Positions 23,760-34,598 of a stretch of DNA of 35,504 nucleotides are shown piece after piece (position 1 is the first letter of the stretch; each line of letters begins with the position of its first letter). This DNA is from Phoronis australis (taxonomy: Eukaryota; Animalia; Phoronida). Below the pieces are notes generated by a model that was not told the DNA's origin, did not search any database, and saw only the letters and a program-made list of their open reading frames with translations. Position numbers and translations under genes: made by a program. Location: NCBI GenBank assembly GCA_002633005.1, contig NMRA01000077.1:905815-941318 (forward strand). Direction: 5' to 3'.

Positions 23760-24330
23760 GCCCTCACAGGATCTTGATAAGATTTGGCAGGTGTGTTCCT
23801 ATAAAGTTGACGGCGGATGACGACAACATTCGGGCTGATCCGATTGCAGCTGTGCCCCCCAGTGGCAATTTTATTTTTTACGCTTGCCTCTGTATCTTCA
23901 TAATTCTTAGGTAGATTTTCATGAAATTTGGCAAATAGGTTTCTGTGATGAAGGCGACAACACTACATTTTCTGGCATTTTAAACGTTTTTGTGCTACCT
24001 ATTGGCCGTTTTTTAAATTTTCGAGTTTGTTTTTTGGCATTCGCCTTTCTGTCTCCGAAACCGCTCCTCGAAGGATCATTATGACATGGCAGGTGTATTT
24101 CTGATGTTTTCCTTGATTTTCGTGGGTGTTTGACTTCTCTGGCACCCCCTAGTGGAGATTTTGTTTCATTTTGCTTCCACAGGTGTATCTCCTTAGCCTG
24201 TTGCACATGTGAAAGTTGGGAGATGTGTTTCTATGGAGTCCCTCACTGCCCCCTAGTTGCAATTTTATTTTTTTACATTTTCCTGTGTATCTCCAGAGTT
24301 CATTGATGGATAAGAACCTCAAAATCAGTG
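23760..24330. mobile_element. Interspersed repeat with ~143-bp internal subunits, copy 1 (partial; Helentron-derived HINE/DINE-1-like by inference)
   Basis: Homologous to 26330-26860: TTCATGAAATTTGGCA and GCCCCCTAGTGGCAATTTTA blocks. Confidence 0.65.
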
Positions 24331-24399
24331 CATAGGTAAACACAAAACAGAAATCTAAGCAGTTGGAGTGCAAATGAACCAATGCTTCTATGCAAATAG

Positions 24400-24670
24400 G
24401 GCTCAGCCCAGTCTACCAATGATTCAACTGCGTATACCTGAAAGCCTCTGTTATGAGGATCCTGAGTGTGGTATTGTCTTTGTCCATGATCTGAACACCA
24501 GAGTAATCTATAGTATGACCAGTAGTCTATGAATGATTGAGAACAGCACTGTGTGTGTCTATACAGTGTTCTTTGACTCTGATGCTGAGAATCCTGTTAG
24601 TCATTCCAATGTGAAACTAATCACATTCATTACACTTGAATTGGTACACAACATGACTGAATATTACTCA
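24400..24670 (-). mobile_element. Second Penelope-like GIY-YIG remnant
   Basis: Manual minus-strand translation SHVVYQFKCNECD*FHIGMTNRILSIRVKEH...SAVLNHS*TTGHTIDY...LITEA. Confidence 0.75.
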
Positions 24671-24883
24671 ATTGTGTTTTGAGCCTAGACAATGCCAAAA
24701 TGACTTTTAACAGGACCTGCAGTTGTTGGGTAAAAACCTGTCAATGCATGATTTTACAAATGTTTTTGGATATCCATTTTGAATCAGGAGATTGTTTAAA
24801 AACTCAAGTTTCACGGTAAAACAAGTCAGAATTGCTACATATTTTAAAGACCCAATTAATCAGACCATTGACCGAATTAGACC

Positions 24884-25027
24884 AGTTCAGTAATGGTAGG
24901 ACCTCGCTAAAAAGCAAGACTTTGTAAGATAATGACATATATTGCCATGTATTTCAAGTGAGAAGAGATGATTTTTGCTAGATTGTAGACAGTGTGGTCC
25001 TAGCTTAGGTCTTAGTATTACTGAACT
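24884..25027. mobile_element. Complete ~145-bp MITE
   Basis: TIRs AGTTCAGTAATGGTAGGACCTCGCTA vs AGTTCAGTAATACTAAGACCTAAGCTA (reverse complement of right end). Confidence 0.7.
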
Positions 25028-25085
25028 CTTCCCAGTTTTGTAATTTTTGGGAACAAAACTACCCTATTGGAGGTAAAGAGCTGAG

Positions 25086-25225
25086 AAAGTGGAATTTCTA
25101 TACACTGATGTAGACTGCAAGTCATTTTGACGGTGAATTGATTCATAAAAAAAACAAAGTGGGTTTTCTATACACTGATGTAGATAGCAAGTCATCTGAC
25201 GGTGAATTAAAACATAAGAAAAAAC
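25086..25225. repeat. 70-bp tandem duplication
   Basis: AAAGTGG..TTTCTATACACTGATGTAGA..GCAAGTCAT...GACGGTGAATT occurs twice. Confidence 0.85.
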
Positions 25226-26232
25226 TACTGGTAATGCTGCTTCTTATTCCATGGTGAATTTAATGCTGTTACATAAGGTGTTCATCCAATCCAGGGTTTC
25301 CCCTGGGTTTTGAAAGGAGCATAGTGGTGAATGGCCAAAACGGGGTGCAAAGCTCATTGCCACACGCAAATATGAAAAGTGGGATACCCCTGTAGCCTGG
25401 GTTTGTAAGGGTGAATGCTCGACACAGATGTTGCACCTGGAGCCACATGCGAGCATGGGATGAAGTGAGATCCTCCCATCTGGGGGGGAGGAGTTGGAAT
25501 TGAAAGACGTTCCCCAGGCAAAATTTGAAAAACTAGGTGTTATTGGGTGCAGTTTGGTGCATTATACAAGCTTACTCATCATAGACAAGACCTTAAACCA
25601 AGCATCATGTAGTGGAAGTGTCTGGGTAAAGGATACTTTGCAAGACAAATTGGCAAGGAAGTGTTCGGCATAGTGTGATCTCTGTGTGAAGAGTTTTGTA
25701 TCACTCGACGTATTTTAATGTCCAAAAAAAACTTGTGTTACGAACAGAACACTGTAGGGCAGGGATTCACATTACATAAATCAGTTATAGTGGATTGGTG
25801 TAGCAGACGATGTATAATCCAGTCCATGCAGACGAATCTGAGACTGGTTTCCATTCAATATCGCCATTTTGGCACAGGGCTATGGTTGATTAAACAGTTT
25901 AATGTCGTGCCCTTCATTATAATTCACATTGCTGTACAATAATCTTATGTAAACTCGGACACGATAAAATGAATGGAGCAGAAAGCTTACTGTTTCTTAC
26001 TTCATTAGTGAGCCCTGGCGCTTTGCCATTTTAGAAAATTCGTATCGAGGTGGTTGCCTGGTCCCCGGCTGTATTAAATTTATGTGCATTGTCTGATAAC
26101 CAGGCAGAGACGAAGTATGAAAGGGGATTGAATGATTGTGTTTAGCGGGGACACAATTCAAGAGCACATTGCAGAATTATTTTTCCCTTTCGATCCACAG
26201 ACAGCGAAAGGTGCCGTGTGACTTATGGTTAT

Positions 26233-27010
26233 TCATTATTACCAGTGATCACATATATCTGGGTGCATATTGCCGTCATCTCTATCTGGGCGTCCGGGTG
26301 TCCGGTGTCCGCGACTGTATCTCCTAAACCCCTTGCAGGATCTTATTGAAATTTGGAAGGTGTGTTCCTATTGGGTTGATGACAGAGGGCGACGAGTTTT
26401 GGACCGACCCGAATACTGCTGTGCCCCCTAGTGGCAATTTTAGTTTTTTACGTTTGCCTCTGTATCTTCAAAGGTCCTCAACTGATTTTCATGAAATTTG
26501 GCACATAGGCATTTATTAATGAGATGACCCTATCCGTTCGCTTTCGGATGGATGCGAGGTATTTTGCGCCACCTAGTGGCCATTTTTGCTGTTTTCAAAC
26601 CATGGTTTTGGCGTCCACCCCTCTGTCAACCAAATTCTAGGGATGGTTTTGAAAATTGAAATGTTCTCAGTGCGAAGAGGACGTTTGATGATGGCGACTG
26701 ACTACTGTGGCACCTCCTAGTGGTAGTTTTGTTTTGTTTTGCGCCCATAGCTGGATTACGATTACGACAGACGACAACTTTTGGGCGGATCCTACGGATG
26801 CTGTGCCCACTAGTGGCAATTTCATTTTATTCTGTTTTCCATTGTTTCTTTGAAGTTCCTTGTCAGTTTTGAAAGATGTCATGTTCCCGTTTTTTTGGAT
26901 GGATTGTTCGTTTTTGCGCCATCTAGTGGTCATTTTATATGATACTAATAAATAACCCAAAAAGCACACCATTTGCAATGGATTCGTGGGCACATTTCAA
27001 TGCTCTGCGT
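26233..27010. mobile_element. Subunit repeat family, copy 2 (HINE-like)
   Basis: TGCCGTCATCTC head, GTCCG microrepeats, repeated TGAAATTTGG and CC(C/A)CCTAGTGG subunits. Confidence 0.7.
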
Positions 27011-27016
27011 TGCTAT

Positions 27017-27490
27017 TCTTACTAGCGATCATTATGCGCCCACATATTTATGTGGACGCATTATGCCGTCATCTCCGTCCGTCCGTCCGGCGTCCACTGC
27101 TTTATCTCCATATCCTTTGGCATATGTTCATGAAATTTGGCTTATGTGTTTCTTTCATGGATGGAATGGCATGAGCGGATCCAACTACCAGTGTGCCCCC
27201 TAGTGGTAATTTTAGTTTTTTACACTTGCCTCTATATCTTCAAAGGTCCTCTACGTATTTTCATAAAATTTGGCATATAGGCATCTATTAGTTAGATGAT
27301 GCTATCCTTCCGTTTTCGTATGGATTTGACGTAGTTTGTGCCACCTAGTGGCCATTTTTGCTGTTTTTTGGAGTCCACCCCTCTATCAATCAAATGGCTC
27401 TAAAGATGATTGTGAAAATTGGTAAAAATGTTCTTACTCCGAAGCTGAGGAGGATTTTCCGATGACTTCGACTACTGCGGCGCCTCTTTT
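27017..27490. mobile_element. Subunit repeat family, copy 3 (HINE-like), directly after copy 2
   Basis: Subterminal hairpin TGCGCCCACATA-TT-TATGTGGACGCA, (TCCG)n tract; 27190-27420 is closely similar to 26420-26660. Confidence 0.7.
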
Positions 27491-28742
27491 TTTTCGTATT
27501 TTGGAAACAAAAATATTTTTAAATATTATCAGGTACGCAAAATGATTATTTTTGAATTAAATTATGAATCGTTTGCTTCTGCTATAAGCATTCACCATCA
27601 AGAACTGATGAAGGGGTTTCTAATGACACTCTTATGCAATTCGGTTAAAAAACAGTGGAGTTTCGAAAAGTTTTAGTGACAGTGAATTCCATAGGAATAA
27701 ACAACACGGAGTAAACAAATGCCACGCATGCACAGCACAACCTCAGCAGCGTGAGATTGGAGTTGGCATTCCAGGGCTAGAATTCTATGGTTTTGACAGT
27801 GATGAGGAGGGGGTTGTCATTTGTGTATGTATTTGAAAGGTAAGCCTAATGAAATATGATTAAATCTTGGGAGCGTGAAACGGTAGGTCCCAGATTTGGA
27901 ATTAGTCAATTCTGCTAGAAGGTGAACCAGTTTCCCAACGATATGTATTGTGATACGATATATATTGATCTATTTAAGCACAGGAATATATCACCATGAG
28001 TCTCATCATCTCCCTTGAGTGATGATGGAAAATGTATAGGCTCTTTTGGCTATATTTGTTGGGAAGAAACAGAAATTTGCATTCATAAATGTGAGCAGTC
28101 TTTTGGTACTCCTTAAATAAGTAGTTTTTTACCGTTAAACTATGGACTTGATGGCATCATCTTCACATGCATAGTTTAGTACATTATTCATCCCGATAAA
28201 AAATCCATTTTTCAGAAAAATTGCTACAACTTTTAAATAGTCAGTGAACTCCTTTAAATCTTTTTTGCAATCATCAGTTCATTCTAAATGTTAATATTAG
28301 TCCAGAGTGAATGCGTGAGCACTTATTTAAATAGATATCATCAGTGTAATCATTCTAATGCAGTTTACATTGCTTGTCTACATATTGTCTGTTAGTGTGA
28401 ATGATTTAATATTAAAAAATGTTCTTTTTAGTTTCCTTCTTGCTTTTCAAGGCTCTATTTACGATGTTAGACAGCACAAGTGAATTGTACACGCACAAGT
28501 TAGGGGCAGATCTTGGACGTTGANAACCAGGATTTTTCTCGTCAGACATTTGCATCCCCGAACTGCCAAATGTAATCTTGGAGAAATTTAGGGGTGGCCA
28601 TAGTCCCCTTGCCCCCTTTAATCCGCCACTGCAAGTGATGCACATAAATGATATTAGAATTTACTTTCTTTTGAACTCTAAGGCTAGTTTGATATTAGAA
28701 ACTAAACGAATTACAACACTTGTAAAAATGATTGTTTTTCAG

Positions 28743-28894
28743 CTCCAACTGTGTGATCAACTTGTCACCTGACAAACCAGCTGTACTGCGGGAGGCATTC
28801 AGACTCTTGAAGGAAGGTGGCGAGCTGTACTTTAGTGATATGTACGCTGAGCGACCTTTACCAGAACACGTCCGCAACAATAAAGTACTTTGGG
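28743..28894 (+). CDS. AS3MT: Arsenite methyltransferase-like, coding exon containing Cys156 (152 nt)
   Basis: TTTTTCAG|C then [51 protein letters not shown]|GTAATA; not captured by the ORF track. Confidence 0.95.
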
Positions 28895-29434
28895 GTAATA
28901 AACGTTGAGTCAAGCATTAGGCCGTACCAACCAAGTTTCTCCAGAAGATAGGATCCCAGATCAGGAAGAGTTGATTGTTTAGGAACATCAGTAGTGGATT
29001 TCATAAGGTGGTTTGACAAAACCAAGCTTAATTCTTTAAAAACCTAGTCTCATTTTGATTTAAAAGCTTGAAAGATGTATGGTTGAGCACAAATCTTTAC
29101 CAGTGCTAAAGTCTGACCAGGTATGAAGATATATTGTTACAAAGTTAAACCTGGTTTAAGATTGTAATTAGTACAGGCCTAAGGAACATAGACACTAACA
29201 AATAATTGCAAGGGGTCTAGTACACGTTGTACCAGACGTGCGCAGTCCACTCAAGTGATCCCTGATACCCTGTAAAACATAACATTTATGTTTTATAGTC
29301 ATTGTTACATTTTACATTGTTAAGATTCTCCTAAAATGTAACAAGTTCTTACATTTTATGTACTTATTATAATTTACACATATGCTCATGTGAGAAAGGT
29401 AACATTGTTACATTTTACGAAACCAACATCCTAT

Positions 29435-30910
29435 TACCGTACTCGTCCGGGTTATCGCCCATGCTTGGCTTACTGCCCACCCTCGAAATTTCAATTTTTC
29501 ATTTTTAAGCGCCCATGCTCTGCTTACCACCCAACCCCAATTTTTCATGATCGAGACTTTCTTAAAACTGTCTGTGCTGCTGTGAACGTTCGTTGCTTAA
29601 AACTAAAATTCCAAAACGTGTGCAACTCGCTTACCTTTCAGTGGCAATCAATCAGTGTTAGCGGATCTGGGACCTTGCCTTACTATGGCGGTAAAATACC
29701 TGACGGGCGTATTCTCATGCACTTTACTGAAGAAGACACAACTATTTCCTTTGGCTCATGCGTGGAACTCATGTGAGCATTTACTGATCACTGAGACAGC
29801 GCTTGTCGAATGTATTTCATTCCGGGGAAGAACCAGCAAAGCTGTACTTGACTGGAATTTCAGGTCCGTGGCCTACCTTTCTGTGATTTCCTGTGAGTGC
29901 CGTGACAGTGCATGAAACATCACCACCCTGAGCATTGAAATAAGAAAAAACACGAGCACACCGACATAATTTTGAATACAAGCAGACACGAGTCATTGTG
30001 ACAAGCGAACTTGTCTTGCTGTTCCCTGCCTTGGTTAAAAGCATGTTTTAAATGACTTACTCCCTACACCAAAATGGGAGGGCCCAACTAGAATTGAAAC
30101 ACCCAACTATCAGAAACATCTCAAGAAATCAACTTGTCATTGAGCGCAAGTCGAACATTCTATCCACATCCACGTCGTCAAAAACTTGTTTTTTGAACTC
30201 TTGATTTGCCTGATGTCTTTTTACATGATGTGTTTTTGCTTCATTATTTTTGCAGCCCATCTAGCACCCCTATTGCCTAATAGTAGTATTGTGGGATTGT
30301 TGAGCAGTGAGCTTTGAACAAGAGTGTTCAACTCAGGAAGAAATATACAATGCATATAAAATGTTTCATTTTTCAAATTAGCATTTTAATGTTCTTAAAA
30401 GAACTGAGACCTGTCGATCATTAGCACGTGTTTTGGTTACCAAAGTGTCTAGCAAGGAAAAAATCTACAAAATCAGGTGCTTTCCTTATAAATACTTGGC
30501 GCAGTAGCGGAGTTTTGCTTGATCTGCCTTTTCTCTCAAGAAACTTGTCTTACTGAACGCATTTCTACGTGAAAGGATACCTTAGTTCTAAGAGATGACG
30601 AGCAGCAACGGGGTTACGTAAAAAACCCAGTCACGTTCGGGATCACGGCGCCATTGTGTCGTGTGCGCTATTCCACTTCAGAGAGTCGAAGTCCGTTACT
30701 TCAATCCGCCGACGTATGTTTGAACTGCTATTCTTGACGTCCGACGTCAGTGTACTTCCGTGAGGGTAAAATTGGTCCTCCGAGCAGTAAGCACCCACTC
30801 CTGACTTTTCAAAAATTTGGATTTTAACCGCACATGCTCGGTTTACCGCCCACCCTTTGTTTTTTTAGATTCTCAAATTAAGCGCCCTGGGCGGTAACCC
30901 GGACATGGCC
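29435..30910. mobile_element. Non-autonomous DNA transposon, copy B (Tc2/pogo-like by inference)
   Basis: Starts TA-CCGTACTCGTCCGGGTTATCGCCCA; inverted TGGGCGGTAACCCGGAC at ~30888-30904; subterminal TTACCGCCCACCC-like repeats; homologous to 231-1860. Confidence 0.7.
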
Positions 30911-31229
30911 GGGGAGTACTCAAGTATTTTTGGACAACTAGTGCAGCCCGAAAACTTTGGATACCTACCCGTTCAGAGAGTGGGCTTGGACAAAAAAGTG
31001 ACCCATTTAGAAAGTTATTTTGTGTAAAAAATCTCATTTTCACACAGTTCTGTAACAGAAATTCAAAAAAGTCACCCGTTAAGATAGTATTTTGTTGAAA
31101 ATGTCACCATTTTGCAGAGTATTTTTGCTGTGAAAAATGCCCATTGAGCGTCACTTTTTGTATACCTCTCCTATAGGAGTGCCCACTGAGCTGACGTGGC
31201 AAATCTAGCTACCCCTTATCATTTGTATT

Positions 31230-31326
31230 ACAATTACATCACTATTACAACTGTTACTACTATTACTACCTTCACCACCATTACTACTATTACTACTATT
31301 ACTCTTTACCGGTATCATTATTATTC

Positions 31327-31361
<35 letters not shown>
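31230..31361. repeat. (TTACTA)n / (TTA)n microsatellite
   Basis: Degenerate ATTACT tract followed by a near-pure TTA run. Confidence 0.9.
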
Positions 31362-32832
31362 GTCAATATTTTTGTATTTAACGAGGACACAGTACATGTA
31401 CAAAATACACAATACATGTGCAAAGTGCTAATTACATCATGATCCTCGTACAAATGTGAGGATACCCACTGTGTTATCATTATCTCTTGTTAAAGACATT
31501 CCTTTTTGAAGAACTGGTCTCATTCCACGATGTGTAAGTTCAAAACTTGTGTTAAGTTGAACTCTGGAGACATTTTTCGAGAACTAGCGACTAGTTGGCT
31601 ATGGCTGTGGTCACCGGGTCATTAGAATAGCTGGTAACCGACATACAAATCATGCAACAATTTTATGTGAAACTGGCCCCAATATTTTTAGAAGAACACT
31701 GATTTAACTGAATGATTTGAACTAGGTTTCATTGAAAGTAGGTTGACGTATGGAACAAAAACGGCCGACGTTGAAGTCAGCAATGTTTAATACGCACTTT
31801 TTATGCGATGTAGCAAAAGGGTTAATACACCAAATTTGTTTATCTGCCTACAATCATATGCGTATTGTTGACAGCGAGCTGCATCACAAAAAATGGCGCC
31901 TCATGAGACATGCGATTTCACGTCCATTAATACTAGAATGTCTAATCTCAGTGTTTATTTATATGTGCTTCAGACTAATGAAAATTAACCAAATAGTATT
32001 TAATTGATATCTTATATTAAAATATAATAGAAAGAGAAAGTACACGGTTTTGTTCGAAAGTCTGACATTCGGTTTTTGCGGACTATTTCCCTATTCATTT
32101 GTGACTAAGTTGGTAGACAGAACCCGTCAGCATCAGAATCTTTGGTCTTGATCCTTTTGTGTGGACCATTAGTGATGACTCCAAGGCAATAAAGCACTGG
32201 CTGAAATAAAACTGTTGTGGACTAAAACTTTTTTGCTATCAAATTGGCTTCTGAAATTGAATTCTCCATTAAAAAAATGTTGTTGTCGTTTGTTCTTGAA
32301 GAAATATGACAAATATTAGCCAAAATATGATGTCATTGTTTCATGTTGTGCTTTCCAAGAGAAGTGTGTTTACTGTTATGCTGGATACACAATTGACCTG
32401 TGAGCGTCATCAAAAGATTGCAAGAACACTTTAACAATGAAAATTTGTTGCCTTATCCTGGAAACTCGCGTCGTCTTGAGTAGAAACTGTACGGAGTACA
32501 TTCTTGACCATACCAAGAAACTACTTATGTTACAAAAACAATAGAAAGCACATCAGTTAAATTCGAGCTGGTACATTTGATAGAATTTCATTCAAACAAT
32601 CCGAGAACGAAGGCGTTAAATGTGTGACAAATACCATGTAACAATGGTGCATTCATTTAAATTGTAACAAATCCGTAAAATGTAACAACTCGGCCTAGCA
32701 GCTAAAATGTAACTGTTACGAAATTGTTACATTTTACAGGGGATCAGGGCCCATTGCTCTGACACCTGGAACCATTTTTATGCTTTATTAGGACATAGTT
32801 AAAACTGAGCTGAGGAACTAAAGACCTGACTC

Positions 32833-32970
32833 GGGTCTAACAGTGTGCCCTAGTGGGGTCTAGCAGTGTGCCCTAGTGGGGTCTGGCAGTGTGCTCTAGT
32901 GGGGTCTGGCAGTGTGCCCTAGTGGGGTCTGGCAGTGTGTCCTAGTGGGGTCTGGCAGTGTGCTCTAGTG
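32833..32970. repeat. 23-bp minisatellite, 6 copies
   Basis: Unit GGGTCTGGCAGTGTGCCCTAGTG with minor variants. Confidence 0.95.
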
Positions 32971-33035
32971 GGACTCGAACTCACGACCTTGAGTTAAGGA
33001 AGCAAACTCTTACCCCACTACGCCACACTGCCTCC
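32954..33035 (-). mobile_element. tRNA-derived SINE head or tRNA pseudogene
   Basis: Minus strand GGCAGTG-TGGCGTAGTGG (A box)...GTGAGTTCGAGTCCCAC (B box/T arm)...CACTGCC. Confidence 0.7.
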
Positions 33036-33699
33036 TCTAAATATAGAACTTGGTGGTGAAATAAAAGCCAGCTTAGATAAGGTTTAAACTAGAGTTTACC
33101 AGGTTTTACTAGACTACTATACAGTCTAAATGTTAAACCACCTTCATGAAATAAAAGATTATCTTTAACTTTGTCCAATTTAAACTAGGCTGGACTTTGA
33201 ACCATTGGTTGCACATTTCTGCCCTTATCAGGTAACCATTGGTTGCAGATTTCTGCTCTTATCAGGTAACCCACTTGTTAACTGTAAAAATAAATCGATT
33301 ATGGGCTATCTCTGCCAGTGACGCAAATCTTGACACCTATAGGAGGATACGGAATTTTATTGCAAGTACTTGCGTTGTTACAGTTAATATGTAGAACTTT
33401 GTCTACTTGTCGTCGTTTCTATCCAAATATGTACAGAACTATGAGATTGTATTTCAGTAAAAGTAAATTTAGAAAGTAGAAAACCTGTAGAATTTGATTT
33501 TTTCACGTAACCATGGTTTCTTAGTATGAAGTCACAAAAAAGAAAGGTACATTCATAGCAAAACAATCGATGTATCAGTAACATGACTAAAATCGCCTGA
33601 TGTAAATGTTCAAGATGAAATCTCAAAAAAATGCTGCTTTGTTTTCTAAATTATATTGGTTTTGTTTTCTGCAAATTATTAGTTTTTCACAGAAATCAT

Positions 33700-34200
33700 A
33701 TAAGTCTTATTTTTCATAGCCCATGCCCGTGCAAAGATCAGTTTCAAAAACAATTTCTGAAAGCGTGTTACAGAACAGTTTCATGTGAATTTGATCAGTC
33801 ATTTCTGAGACATGATGTTCCCAAGTTTGCCATTTTTTCATTGAGAGTCCTACTTAACCTGAAAACTGCATTTCACCGTTGTTTAGCTGTTCATGATGAA
33901 TTCTTCACGGAAGTGCCTTGAGGTTTAAAAACCTTACCATGCTCATCCGATCATAAATCATTGTTAAATGAGTAGGCAAGTCAATTATTCACAGGCAATG
34001 TGTACCTGCACCATGTTCGAATTCATAATTTTAGTGTTGGCCAACCCAATAAACTCTGAAGCATTTTCTTAGGTCGTTGATGGTTTTGATGTTCTTGGTA
34101 AGAAATATAAATTTATTGAGATCATTTTTAAGGTAATGAAAGAGCCGCGATGTGATGTTTGTTTTAGTTTATAGCTAAACAGGATGAAATGCATCTTAAA
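33700..34200 (-). pseudogene. Possible highly decayed Mutator-like transposase fragment
   Basis: Colinear minus-strand pieces KTINDLRKCF, VGQH*N...TWCRY and KMANLGTS recall invertebrate MULE motifs (G.H..C...WC.Y; LG.SQ.NE). Requires frameshifts. Confidence 0.3.
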
Positions 34201-34466
34201 GTGATCAAAATGTGTATGCATGAGTTTTGAGAATTAGCATCAACAGTTGTCCATCTTGCGCGGTTCTAAGATTTTATTTTGTGGTGCTCACTACAAATTC
34301 ATGTTGTAGAGGAAACTTGGAGGTGAACTACAATTGTAGAAAATCTGCCTTGATTATCATTTCTTGCTGCATTTCTACACTTTGGCTTCAAATTACAAAG
34401 TAATTGTAAACATCTATTTTTAAGTATGATTTTAAGGCTGAAATCCATGTGATTTGGATATTTCAG

Positions 34467-34598
34467 GAGAAGGGATCGGTGGCGCCCTTCTGTGGCCAGA
34501 TCTGGTTAGATTTGGCAAGGAGATTGGATTCAGCCGTCCAAGAATTGTTCGAGCAAATGAGATTGTGGTTGAAGACGAGGGATTGAGGGAGATAACAG
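34467..34598 (+). CDS. AS3MT: Arsenite methyltransferase-like, last coding exon visible (132 nt); gene continues beyond window
   Basis: TTTCAG|GA completes Gly, then EGIGGALLWPDLVRFGKEIGFSRPRIVRANEIVVEDEGLREIT G|GTATGC; compare human GECLGGALYWKEL...IGFCPPRLVTANLI. Confidence 0.93.

Larger units (their letters stand above)
29260..32749. mobile_element. TIR element with GTTACATTTTA subterminal repeats (superfamily not assigned)
   Basis: CCCTGATACCCTGTAAAACATAACA vs CCCTGATCCCCTGTAAAATGTAACA (reverse complement of right end). Several TGTTACATTTTA / TAAAATGTAACA motifs at both ends. No TSD seen. Confidence 0.7.
28998..33152. mobile_element. Putative outer TIR element expanded by nested insertions
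   Basis: ATTTCATAAGGTGGTTTGACA vs ATTTCATGAAGGTGGTTTAACA (reverse complement of 33131-33152). Confidence 0.5.

Noticed and set aside
31196-31480. Poly-Tyr, poly-Ile and Thr-rich ORFs
   Set aside because: Microsatellite translations.
34472-34474. Selenocysteine replacing Cys206
   Set aside because: The codon is GGG, not TGA.
7682-34598. Horizontally acquired bacterial arsM or ars operon
   Set aside because: Spliceosomal introns, animal-type sequence and no neighbouring ars genes.
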